Assembly: GCF_009914755.1 (NCBI RefSeq) | Contig: NC_060934.1 | Length of the DNA: 64,000 bases | Source: the human T2T-CHM13v2.0 reference genome, Homo sapiens | Reading direction: 5' to 3' (one strand) | Shown: one piece after another, positions 1 through 12,560 of the stretch | Position numbering within the stretch: the first letter of the stretch is position 1 | Layout of the letters: every line of letters starts with the position of its first letter | Notes under the pieces: generated by a model | Databases searched by the model: none | What the model saw: only the letters and a program-made list of their open reading frames with translations | Told to the model about the DNA's origin: nothing | Made by a program: the position numbers and the translations under genes

Positions 1-14
1 GGTCCAAGGGTCAG

Positions 15-128
15 AAAATTCAAGTTCCAATCTGTTCATAGCCTGTGTGACCTTGGGCAAATCACCTATCCTTTCTGGGCCTTATTTGTAAAATAGGAAT
101 CTCAGAGGTGTGCTGAGGATTAAATGAA
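15..128 (+). mobile_element. MIR fragment
   Basis: MIR core-like: TGTGTGACCTTGGGCAAATCAC...TTTGTAAAATAGG...GAGGATTAAATGA. Confidence 0.7.
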
Positions 129-569
129 CTGACTGGAGGAGCAGCACCGTGCATGTTGGCCCTAGTTATGTGGCAGCTAGTAGGCAAATGGATGTGTATT
201 GTTCTAGGATCTAGGGACAATCCCAGCTTCCTCAAATCAAAACACTATTGCTGGAAGAGCTGGTGAGATCAGCTATACCTTGGACAGGCAAGAGAATGGT
301 ATTTTTATTATAAGTGCTGCATCTGAGGCTGAGAGAACGCAGATACAAGGCGGCAGGAGCTGGTTGTGTGGTTTAGTGTTCAGGGCCTGGCTAGACCTAA
401 CTGTGACCTCCACAACTTTCTGCTGCCTGGAAAAGGGTGGTGATGCCAAGGGGTGGGGGCAGGGCAACTCGAGGCCAGCTCCTGGCAGGGGAGGGAGGGT
501 TACCCAGGGCTTTGGCAAGAATGTGGGGCATCCTCTTAGCAGCAGGAGAAGGCCTTAAAAACAAGTTAC

Positions 570-870
570 ATCTAACTTTGAAAGAACAGACTATTGCAAT
601 ACCAACATCTAGGAAACACAACAAAAAATACAGTTTACTTTTGCTTTCAAATATAGATGCAGAAATCCTAAACAAAAATATCAACTCTTGGAACTGAACA
701 GTGCTTCAAAACAATAACACACCGTGGCTGACCAGGTTATTTGCCAGATATTGCTGAAAGTCACAAAATCTACCAGCATAAATGATTACAGGCACAAATT
801 AAAGAATAAAATGTGTTTACACTAACAAATGTTGAAAAGTATTTGGGAGGCATTTCTAATGAAGAAAACT
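570..870 (+). mobile_element. Ancient L1 ORF2 fragment
   Basis: Translates to ...SNIDAEILNK..., resembling the L1 RT motif NIDAKILNK; degenerate, boundaries approximate. Confidence 0.6.
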
Positions 871-1094
871 ACTTCGGCACAACAAAGATTGTTTCCTGTG
901 GTGGTCTTTTAATTATAGTGGAAGGGTGAGGTTGGGCCCAAGGTTTGCGGTCATCACCAGGAGTGAAGGAGTTGACTCTGATGGCAACCTTTCCTTGGGG
1001 AAGAATGAACCATAAACAGAAAAAAACAGCATTTGGATCCTTTGGGAATGCAACTTCGTCTTGATATTTAAAGGAATGGGCCCCACGGGTTTAA

Positions 1095-1205
1095 AAAAGC
1101 CTGAGTTCTAACCCTTATTCCATCAGTTTGATAGACAGCTGTTGGCCTTGGGCAAGTTACCATACCTCTCTGAGCCTCAGCTTTCTCAAGTGAAAAATGG
1201 GGACT
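1095..1205 (+). mobile_element. MIR fragment
   Basis: CCTTGGGCAAGTTAC...CCTCTCTGAGCCTCAGCTTTCTCA...AAAATGGGGA. Confidence 0.7.
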
Positions 1206-3201
1206 GTATTGAGAAACAAGCTTAATGACACAAACTTCTATGACATAAACCTTGAAATGTTATTTGGGGAAATATTCACTTGGCATGGCCCTAGCAAAAT
1301 CCTCCCAAATACCTTATCAGTAGCACCCTGGTGTCACCCCAAGTGGGGTGCTCCAAAGTAAGCAAGCCGCTTAGATGTGCATGTTAATTGAGTCCTGCAA
1401 TGCAGATGTCTTCTTGGATCCAAGTTCATGCAAAAAAGAAGGAAAAGGACATTTGAGAGATTAACACATCCATTATAATCACTGAAATAGGCTGCTGTAA
1501 TAAGGGCCATTTAATAAAATGTAAGAAGCCCTTTTCTAAGAGGGAAGAGATGGGTCAGGATGGAAGTCAAGTGCAGCTGTTTGAGCATTTGCCAGTGGTC
1601 TGATCTCACCAGTAAAACTGGAGTTAAAAAGCAACAAACTTCCAGATTCAGCCGTCTCAGATAAACACTGCCTCCCCCTGGCGTTCCCCCCACCCCATGT
1701 CCTTTCCCTTTCTCCCCAGCTCGGGCAGCACCTGAGTCGCTTGGTGCGTTTCCGTGTGGTTGGGATGTCAGCCGGCAGCCCTGGCGACAGGAGCCCTGGG
1801 AGGCGGCAGCTACCTCTCGGGTTTAGCATTACGTCATCCCTTCTAGACCCAAATTTATCTCGGCTGCACACAGACCCGCAGCTCTGAGCTGCCGCTGACT
1901 TGAGGAGAGCTTACGCATGAACTTAGGCAAGGCTGACTCACTGGGCGAGGGAAAGGTTTTCTGCTGTTCTTCACGTTTCTGGGCTCTGGGGGAAGAGGAG
2001 GGGAGGAGGCTGCAGTAGTCATTTTGGGATGGGGGATGGAAAAATGTATAAATGTTAACGGTTCTCATTTAAGAGCTTAGAGTTCACCTCCCGTGTCCCC
2101 AGTGTTGATTATTTGAAAACGCCCATCCTTAAAGATAATTGCAGAAAACAGTGCCCTACTCAGTAAACACTTTGCAGTTTCAGGGAAGTTCTCCTAAGTG
2201 CAAGGTGTCATCAACACAGTAACTTTGGACTTGTAACTTAACCTCATGGCCCCTTCCTCTCTCCCCATCTCGCCTCCCTGAAGAAAAGATACAACACATC
2301 AGCCTCCATTGTTTATGAATCTGCAATAAATCACTTGGAAATTGTCACTAAGTAAACTGTGCTGAGAAAGGACCCTTAAGAATTGAGGGCTTTGCCTGCT
2401 TCCTTCAGAAGGCAGATTGTCCCCATCCGTGGCTGTGATCGTTATAGGCCTGGGGTATTCTGGGGGACTTTCTCCATTTTCAAATGACTCCCTTGAGAGA
2501 GAGATATACTTTAGGGAGAGGACAGAACAGAGACTATGGGTAGGATTCCAGGTTCTTATGTCAGTAGACTTTGGAAGCCTTGCTTTTCCTGTTTCCCCAT
2601 CTGCATTTGTAGTGCAAACTAGTTCATCGGAACAAAAGAAAGGCTATGGCTGCCTCTGGGTTCCTCCGGGCTGAGACTGTTGCTGAGGGATGGTTTGTGG
2701 GTAGCATTACTTTCCTGTGGATAGAGCCCTAAGCTTTGTGCTGGAGAGGCCCTTATAGCTGATGTCCAAGGAAGGACTCCAGGAGGCAGCCAGCGCAGGG
2801 AGAAGGAAGTGGCACTTCAATTGCTTTTAGAAAAGGCTGGAGATTTCTGTACATGAACCAGCCCTTAATACTGCCCACCATGATCATCATCTCTCCCCTT
2901 CTTCAATGCAGGTGGCCTTTTGGTGAGTCTCGCTCTACTTTCCATGTCCTCATCTCCCTCTTGGCCATGGCTCTAGAAGAAGGGCTCTAGGTTAGTTCAC
3001 CTGGAGGTCAACTGTGAAAGGCCATGCATAGGCCCCAGGCCTCTTGCATGTAGCCATCTCTTCCTAACCAGCTATGGTTCTGTGACCTCTGGAATTAAAG
3101 CCATCTTGAATTCATGTATATTTTCAGTTTGTACTACTTTTCTTGATTGCTTGTCACACAAGTTTACCTCCTATTGGGAAAAGTAGAGTTGTATTTGTCC
3201 T

Positions 3202-3664
<463 letters not shown>

Positions 3665-3885
3665 CTAAAAGAACAGTCCCTTTTTGAAAGCCTTTACAAA
3701 AAAAAAAAAAAGTTCTTCTGTGGCTTGCGAACACCTCTCATTTTGGGTCTGCTTGCATTTGATGGAACGTCTATTTGGTCTTAAATGTGGTGCCAAGTGT
3801 AATATTTAAAAGGACTGGCAGAATTTTGCAGCTTGTGACCTCACTGGAGATTTTGTTCACTTTACCAAAAAAAAAGAAAAGAAAA

Positions 3886-3942
3886 AAGAAAACAAAAGGT
3901 ATGAGGGAAAGGTAAGAAAACAAAAGGTATGAGGGAAAGGTA
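3886..3942. repeat. 28-bp tandem duplication
   Basis: AAGAAAACAAAAGGTATGAGGGAAAGGT x2. Confidence 0.9.
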
Positions 3943-4205
3943 TATTAAAATGCAGCATGAAGCCGATAACATTTTTAAGAGGGTAAGATTTCCATCTCAA
4001 GATGGTATTTTCTGCAGGAGCCAATGGAATGACCACGGGAGGGGGAAACTCCCCCCTCACCAGGAGCTTCCTGTTATTTTGGATGTGATGTCAAGCAGCA
4101 GGTTAATATAATTGGGGTGGAAAAAAGTTATGGGTATGTTTGCACGGTTCCCAGCTTGTTCCTAGAGCATTCAAGTACGATTCTCTTGTTCTTCCTCTCC
4201 CTAGA

Positions 4206-4836
<631 letters not shown>

Positions 4837-6095
4837 TAATGTGGTCTCCGCTCTCTAACTTCCTTTTTAGCTACAGAGGAGAGCATAAGAGAAAACATCA
4901 TCATCGCTTCTATTTACTGAGTGCCTAGTATATACTAAGTGCTGGAATTATTATATTTAATCTTTGCAAAAAGCACTACTGAATACACAAACCTCGAGAG
5001 CAGGTCTGCGTCCGTTTCTCTCTTACTATGCAAACTAAGTCTAGTACAGTGCCTGGCACATGGCACGCCCTCAACGCCGTGGATATGATCATATCCATTT
5101 TATACATAAGGAAAATGAGGCTGGAAGAGTTCACACAGGTCTCAGTGTAAGTAGCAGAGTCAGGATTTGAACCAAACTGTTCCGCACCAGGGAGAATTTT
5201 CTGGCGTCTAAAAGCACTAGTGAGGAGAGGAGAAAGTTTTAAAAAGTAAGATTAAAGAAAAAAGTAACTACTTGTCTGTGTGGAAGCTGAGGTGGAAGAA
5301 GGGCTTCATGGAAACCCTCTCTGATGAAATCATCCCTCGTTTTTGAACAGCAATTTTGGCTTTTCCAGTTTCTGTGTGCGCTGTTGGTGCAGGTGTGTTA
5401 CTCTTCTTATTTTGCAGATGAGCAAACTGAGGCACATAAGTTACATGAGAAAGTAGGAGATAGAGGACTGGAACATGATACTTCGAATAAAGAATGTCTC
5501 AGCCCCTGGGCAACCGCAGGGAGTCGCTGAGAAACAAGTTTCCCCGGGAGTAGACTCCCAGCTCGCTCAAATCCTTCCCATTCCACATCGTGTCTGGAGG
5601 GAGGAAAAAAAAATTCTTCCCTCCCAGAAGCAAAGTCCCGCAACTTCTTAGTCTTCCCTAGAGACAGGAAAGGAAACCCAGCGGGACTACACCTTCCGAC
5701 GACCTTTGCGAATCTTGCGGAACGCAGGCGCCCTGAAACGGCGTGTGCACTACGATTCCCGGCAGCCGCGGGCGGGTGCGGGACTACATTTCCCAGGGGG
5801 CAGAGGCAGGGGCGGGAGGGGGCGGGCCCCGGCGCTGCTCCCGCCCCTCCCCCGTGCTCGCGGGGAGAGGTAAACAAACCACGCGCGGGCTGCCCGCGGC
5901 ACGGCGGGCGCGGCTGGCGCGGCTGGGGCGGCAGGGGCGGCAGGGGCGGCGGAGAGCGCGCCGAGCCGCGGCCGAGCTGGCCCGCCCGCCCGTCGCACAT
6001 GTTCCGGAACGGCGCCCGGCCGTAGCCGCCTGCGGCGCCTCCTGTCGGCCCGAGAAGGGAGTGCGGAGAGGCGCCGGTCGCCACCCGCGGTGCCC

Positions 6096-6168
6096 ATGGA
6101 GCGGGTGAAGATGATCAACGTGCAGCGTCTGCTGGAGGCTGCCGAGTTTTTGGAGCGCCGGGAGCGAG
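6096..6168 (+). CDS. MXI1: MXI1 first coding exon (SR-beta type): MERVKMINVQRLLEAAEFLERRER, mSin3-interaction domain
   Basis: ATG at 6096; LLEAAEFLE SID motif of the MXD family; donor GAG|GTAATG. Confidence 0.97.
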
Positions 6169-6239
6169 GTAATGGCTGGGCGCCGCTGCGTGAGCCCGAG
6201 CGCTACTAATCTTTTTCGGCAGTGCGGTGCGGCCGGTAA

Positions 6240-7330
6240 GGGAGGGCACGCGTGTGAGGTGCGCGCATGAGGTGAGGTGTGCGCGCATGTGAGGGGAGGG
6301 GTGTGCGCGCGTGAGGGTAGAGGAGCGCGCGTGTGTGGGGAGGGGCGTGTGGGGAGGGGAGCGCGCGTGAGGGGAGGGGCGTGTGAGGGAGGGGTGCGCA
6401 CGCGTGAGGGGAGCGCGCGTGTGAGGGGAGGGGCGTGTGAGGGAGGGGTGCGCGCGTGTGAGGGGAGGGGCGTGTGAGGGAGGGGACGCGCGTGTGAGGA
6501 GGGGCGTGTGGGTAGGGGAGCAGGCGTGTAAGGGGGGCGTGTGAGGAGCGCGCGCGTGAGGGGAGGGGCGAGTGAAGGAGGGGAGCGCGCTTGTGATGGG
6601 AGGGGCATGTGGGGAAGGGAGCGCGCGTGTGGGAGGGGCGCACGCGTGAGGGGAGGGGCGTATGAGGGAAGGGGAGCGCGCGTGAGGGGAGGGGCGTGCA
6701 CATGTGAGGGGAGGAGTGTGTGAGGGGAGGGGAGCATGTGAGGGGAGGGGAGCTCGCCTGTGAGGGAGGGGTGCGCGCGTGTGAGGGAGGGGTGCGCGCG
6801 TGTGGGGAGGGGCGTGTGAGGGGAGGGGAGCGCGCGCGTGAGGGGAGGGGCGCGCGGGTGTGAGGGGAGGGGCGCGCGCGTGTGTGTGAGGGGAGGGGTG
6901 AGCGCATGTGAGGGGAGGGGTGCGAGCATGTGAGGGGAGGGGCGTACGCGTGTGGGGAGGGGCGTGTGAGGGGAGGGCCATGCGTGTGTGTGAGGGCAGG
7001 GGTGCGCACGTTAGGGGAGGGGCGTGTGAGGAGAGGGGCACGCGCGTGTGTGGGGAGGGTCGCGCGTGTGCGGGGAGGGTCGCGCGTGTGTGAGGGGTGC
7101 GCGCGTGGGAGGGATGGTGCGCGGGGGGGAGGGGCGTGTGCGGGAAGGGCGTGCGCGTGTGGGAGGGGCGTGCGCGTGTGGGAGGGGCGGGTGCGGGGAG
7201 GGGCGCGCGTGCGTGGGGAGGTGTGTGTGCTGAGATCGTGAGTGGAGGCGTGTGTGAGAGGTCGCGCAGGTGCTGGGGGAGGTGCGAGGGTGCGCACGGA
7301 GGGTGGGGCTGTGGGTGTGCGGCGAGCGGG
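6240..7330 (+). repeat. Degenerate G-rich minisatellite-like array (unit ~GTGAGGGGAGGGGCGCGCGT)
   Basis: Dozens of variable-length units of GAGGGGAGGGG separated by (CG)n/(GT)n spacers; strong G skew on the + strand. Confidence 0.9.
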
Positions 7331-7930
7331 AAGGAGACGGGTGGAGGGAAGTTGGAGAGAGGGCGGTCTGGGGCTGGAGAGAGGGTGACCGTGGAGAAGC
7401 TTGGAGGGCCCCGGAGCGGGAGAGGGTGCTGGGAGATAAGAGGAAGGAGGAACACGGATGCTGGGGGGGGGTCAGGGGAAGGGACGAGGCCGGGAGAACA
7501 CTGAGCGGGGGAAAACCGGTGGAGAGGGGCCTTTGAATACCTGCGGGGTGATGAGATGGGGTCCCTTTAGCGGTGGCAGCCCAAGGGGCTGTAGAGATGG
7601 CGCAGAAAGACCAGGAACTCGGAGACTGTGGTGTCGAGAGAGAAAATGTCTTTCTAAGACTTGTTCGAAGTACACAAAAATATTGGGCTTAAAGAGACTC
7701 TTTAGAACAGAGAGAGTTGAAAGTAAAGGGGAATTTTTGAGGCAAGCGAAGTCAATGAGGTGAATGGTAACTGGTCACAAAATTTTTGTTCTAAAGCATC
7801 TGAAATCTCAAGTTCTTGGGAGAGAAGGATTTTGGAAAGGGGGGATAAACTCTTTGGTTTAGAGGAGGTATCAAAACACCTTCCAGCTGGTGGGGTGTCA
7901 CAGGATTGATGTCCAGGCGAGGGACATTAA

Positions 7931-8206
<276 letters not shown>

Positions 8207-8820
8207 TAGCAAGCTGGGAACGCTTAGAAGAGGGAACTGGAGGGAAGGAGCACATTTCTCCTGTAATCCCAAGTCTGAAGGAGCAGCACTTGATGGGTTC
8301 CTTTACCACTACCCTGGGGATTTGGCCCTTTTAAAATAATGAAGTCTAGAAATCATAACCTGGTTTTGCATGGAAGGAAAGGAATATAATCTGGAAAGAC
8401 AACCAAAGAAGTTCTTGCTGGGATTATTAAGATGGCTATGCCAAGTTGAGAGACTTGGCAGCATGTGTCCATGCATGCAGCCACCTGCTAAAAGTAATTG
8501 TGGGCTGGCTTTCAATATTCTGGCCAAGTTTTGGACAGTCCAAGAAGATTAAAAAAAAATCAGAAATAGGTCTGGCAGGGTATAAAGCAGAATCAAGGGT
8601 TTGTTAAAGGAATAAAAATATTTAGGTAGAATTGGTAGTGAGCGGATGTGGTTATTTGTTTAAGGAGAAAAGGGAAGACCATGCTGTGAAAGTTTTGCCT
8701 CTGTAAATGATGAGATCGGATTGGTTGGTGGGCTCTTAAAGCAAAAAGGAAAAAAAAATCTGTTTATCTTTCAAGCAGAATAGATCTTTAAAAATATACT
8801 TGTCTAGATGTACTTGGAAA

Positions 8821-8951
8821 GGCTGGGCCTAGTGGCTTACGCCTGTAATTCCAGCACTTTGGGAGGCTGAGGTGGGAGGATTGCTTGAGCTTAGGAGTTC
8901 AAGACCAACCTGGATGACATAGTGAAACTTTGTGTCAAAAAGAGAAAAAAA
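8821..8951 (+). mobile_element. Alu left monomer (FLAM-like)
   Basis: Single Alu arm with A-rich tail; AAAAA..TAGATGTACT-like flanks. Confidence 0.85.
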
Positions 8952-10825
8952 TAGATGTACTAAGATGTAGCTGACTTCCATTTTTGAAAACTTTTGAGTA
9001 GTATGTGGCTATCTCTTCGGTGTTTTTATTCTAGGGAGCCAGTGAATTCCTAGGATTCATCTCATAGGAAGTTTTCAAAAGGCCTTTCTTAACAGAAGAT
9101 TAACAGATGGCTGCCTTTTCCATTGATAAGGGGAATTAAATGAGACCTTTATTTCTGTTTCCCAGAGCTTTGTCTAGAGAATATAATAAACATTCATTTT
9201 GAGGAGGACATAGCAATCCCTGGGTAACCAAATTTCCCTGAAGGCTTTGGGGAGCTTCAGTCAGGTGGTTGGTTAGTCATTTGGGACAGCAGATTGGGTC
9301 AGAATGGGGCTCTTGATTCAGAAAGCCTGAGGCTTCTACAGATAATAATTGGAACTCATGAGGTTGGATCATCCCACTCTGTATTTCAGACATCACCGAG
9401 GAAAAACTAGGATTCACTTTTCTCCTTTGACTTCTCTATAGAGCTGCACATTTCCTTTTTTAGCTTCTTTTCATTAAGACTACTATATAGTTTTTAAACT
9501 TAATTTCTTAAGTTATAAAAATAATTAACCATAAGCTTGATGTACTATCTGTGTTGTGTGTGGGTCTAGAGATTTTGTTGTAGTATGGTGTATTTGAGAT
9601 GAAAATATGTAGTATGATATACAGCATTTTAAAAAATGTACATTTGCTTGCCCTTACGGTTTCAGTGTTTAAGCTATCAAGAATTAAGACCTATTCAGGA
9701 ATTTATGTGTCTTTCAATCCACATAGATTAAAAAACTTTTTTTTTTCAACTTGGAGACATAGGAAGAGTACACATAGGAAACTAGACCTGGGTTCTGTCG
9801 TGCTGCAAGTATTTAAGCCTTTCCTATTTTCTAGAAATTAGGTATATAATTTCAGTACATTTCCCATCCCTTACTGTATTCATCTGTAAAATAAGATGCA
9901 TTAGAGTCTCACCAAGGTCCCTCGTTCTCCTGAACTTCTATGACTCTGATTTATTGACAGTTTTAGAGATTGGTTACTATATTAGTAATTTAGTATGTCT
10001 CCCATCATTGCAGATGTGACATTTTTAGGAACTCAAGGATTATAGAGGCATAAATAAGATGCACATTCCTAAGTTTTATCAATTATGTTACCGGTCATTA
10101 ATAAGAAACTCTTAGTCATCTGTTGACTTACGCTTTGCTCAGCTTGGGGTTTGGGCTAAGTGATGTTTCTCTTTCATGCTAGTGTCTCTGTTAGGATTCT
10201 AATATTATGTGTGGGACCACAGTGCTAATTACTGTGTTTTAGCATAGCATGTCGGAAAATTTGTAAAACTGCAAGCATGCCATATTGTTCTGATAGTGCC
10301 CAAAGGAGAATATGTGTACATTAGACCACCTAAAACAGGAGAAGATACTTTTTTTATGGGAATATAAGTAGCAAGAAAGAGAGAGAGAGAGAAAAATATA
10401 TTTTAGAATATATTATCTCAAGATCCACCAATGTGTGGGTTTTGGGCTGGGGCTTATGAGAGAGAACTAGTATGTTAAAATGAAACACTAGAAATTATTT
10501 CTCCTTTGCCACTTATTTAAAATGCCTGCTTCATGGAAGTAAGGAGAGCTGAGGTAGAAATTCCAATACTGGGGTATTTGGACAATAGTGTTGGTCCATT
10601 TGAAAGAGGACACTGTAGGCTTCTTCTTAATTTTAAGTTTACTATTGGATTTTAATGAGATTTTATTATGCTGGTTACATAAAGCAGAAAGTTAGAAGAC
10701 TTACAGAAATTTCCATGTATTTATCATCTGAAACAAGGAAAGGAATGGACTTCATAAGTATATATGTCTTATTTTTTCCTGATCAAAAAGCTACTAGTGT
10801 GGAAGTAGCTGTTATTTTATTACTA

Positions 10826-11265
<440 letters not shown>

Positions 11266-11738
11266 GTAACTTTATAAATTTATGCTGAAAGTAGTTAACT
11301 CCTAATATTATAAATTCCTATTCCCCTTTCCCCCATTCCTTAAAATCTTATTTTCAAAGAAGTAAAAAGGAGAGAAAATAAATGATATAATGTGATATTA
11401 CAAATATGTTCCTTGCAAATACCAGTAATTTTATCATTTGGGATCCTTCTGATAGTTGGAAGTGGCACCTATAATATATAATTAAAATAAATGCTTGATT
11501 TTACTGTGGTCTTGGTCACAGCCTTCTGGCACACTTCCAAAAATCAACATTGCTAAGATGTTACTGCTGTTAGAGAATGTGGCTGCAATAGCTATCTGGC
11601 TTTTTGGGGAGCATCAGATAAGTTCAAATTCCAGCTTCTTTACTATTTGGTACCACAGGTGAAAAATCTCAAGGTCTGTCATCCTTAAAACTCTACTAAA
11701 TAAGCCATGACTGCAGTGTAACACTGATTTCTTCCTAA

Positions 11739-12144
<406 letters not shown>

Positions 12145-12149
12145 AGTTC

Positions 12150-12560
12150 TTATGAATTACATTGGCCAGCCTTCTTTTGATTCCTTCAGTACGCGTTTTC
12201 TTCTACCTCAAGATCTTTGCATACTTTCTGTTCCCTGCAGGGAATCATTTTCCCTCCCCCTTTGTTATCTCTGTTGAATAACACTCTTCTTCAGCTCAAT
12301 CATAAGTTCCTCAGGAATGTTTCCTCATCTGCCGTAGTAGATCAGGTCCTCACATACTTCATGGCACCCCTATTTTTCCTTCATAGTGTTCATCACATTT
12401 GTAGAAATACAGTTATCCAGTTGTTTCTTAAATTCGTGTCCTATTCACTGGATTAAAAACCCTGCGAGGCGGGCAGGGATTGAGTCTCTTCTGCTTAAAC
12501 ATTTATCCCTAGTACTTATCACAGTGCCCCGTAAATAGTATGTGTTTCTTAAAGAATGGA
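12150..12560 (+). mobile_element. L2 fragment
   Basis: Ends in L2 3'-like ATCCCTAGTACTTATCACAGTGCCC...TAAAGAATG; degenerate. Confidence 0.5.

Larger units (their letters stand above)
5620..7330. promoter_or_regulatory. MXI1: CpG island / MXI1 proximal promoter, extending into intron 1
   Basis: Very high GC and CpG density; GC boxes (GGGGCGG); ACTACATTTCCCAG motif 5783-5796; FOX site GTAAACAA 5870-5877; palindromic GTTCCGGAAC 6001-6010; lies directly upstream of the ATG at 6096. Confidence 0.9.

Noticed and set aside
6240-7330. Repeat-spacer appearance suggesting a CRISPR-like array
   Set aside because: Mammalian intron; units are degenerate and variable, spacers are low-complexity and similar to one another, and there are no cas genes
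5407-7536. Long ORFs of 225-446 aa (e.g. 5784-6929, 6115-7455, 6206-7297 on minus)
   Set aside because: Open in all three minus frames because the C-rich repeat and CpG island lack stop codons; products are low-complexity P/H/T/R/A with no domain
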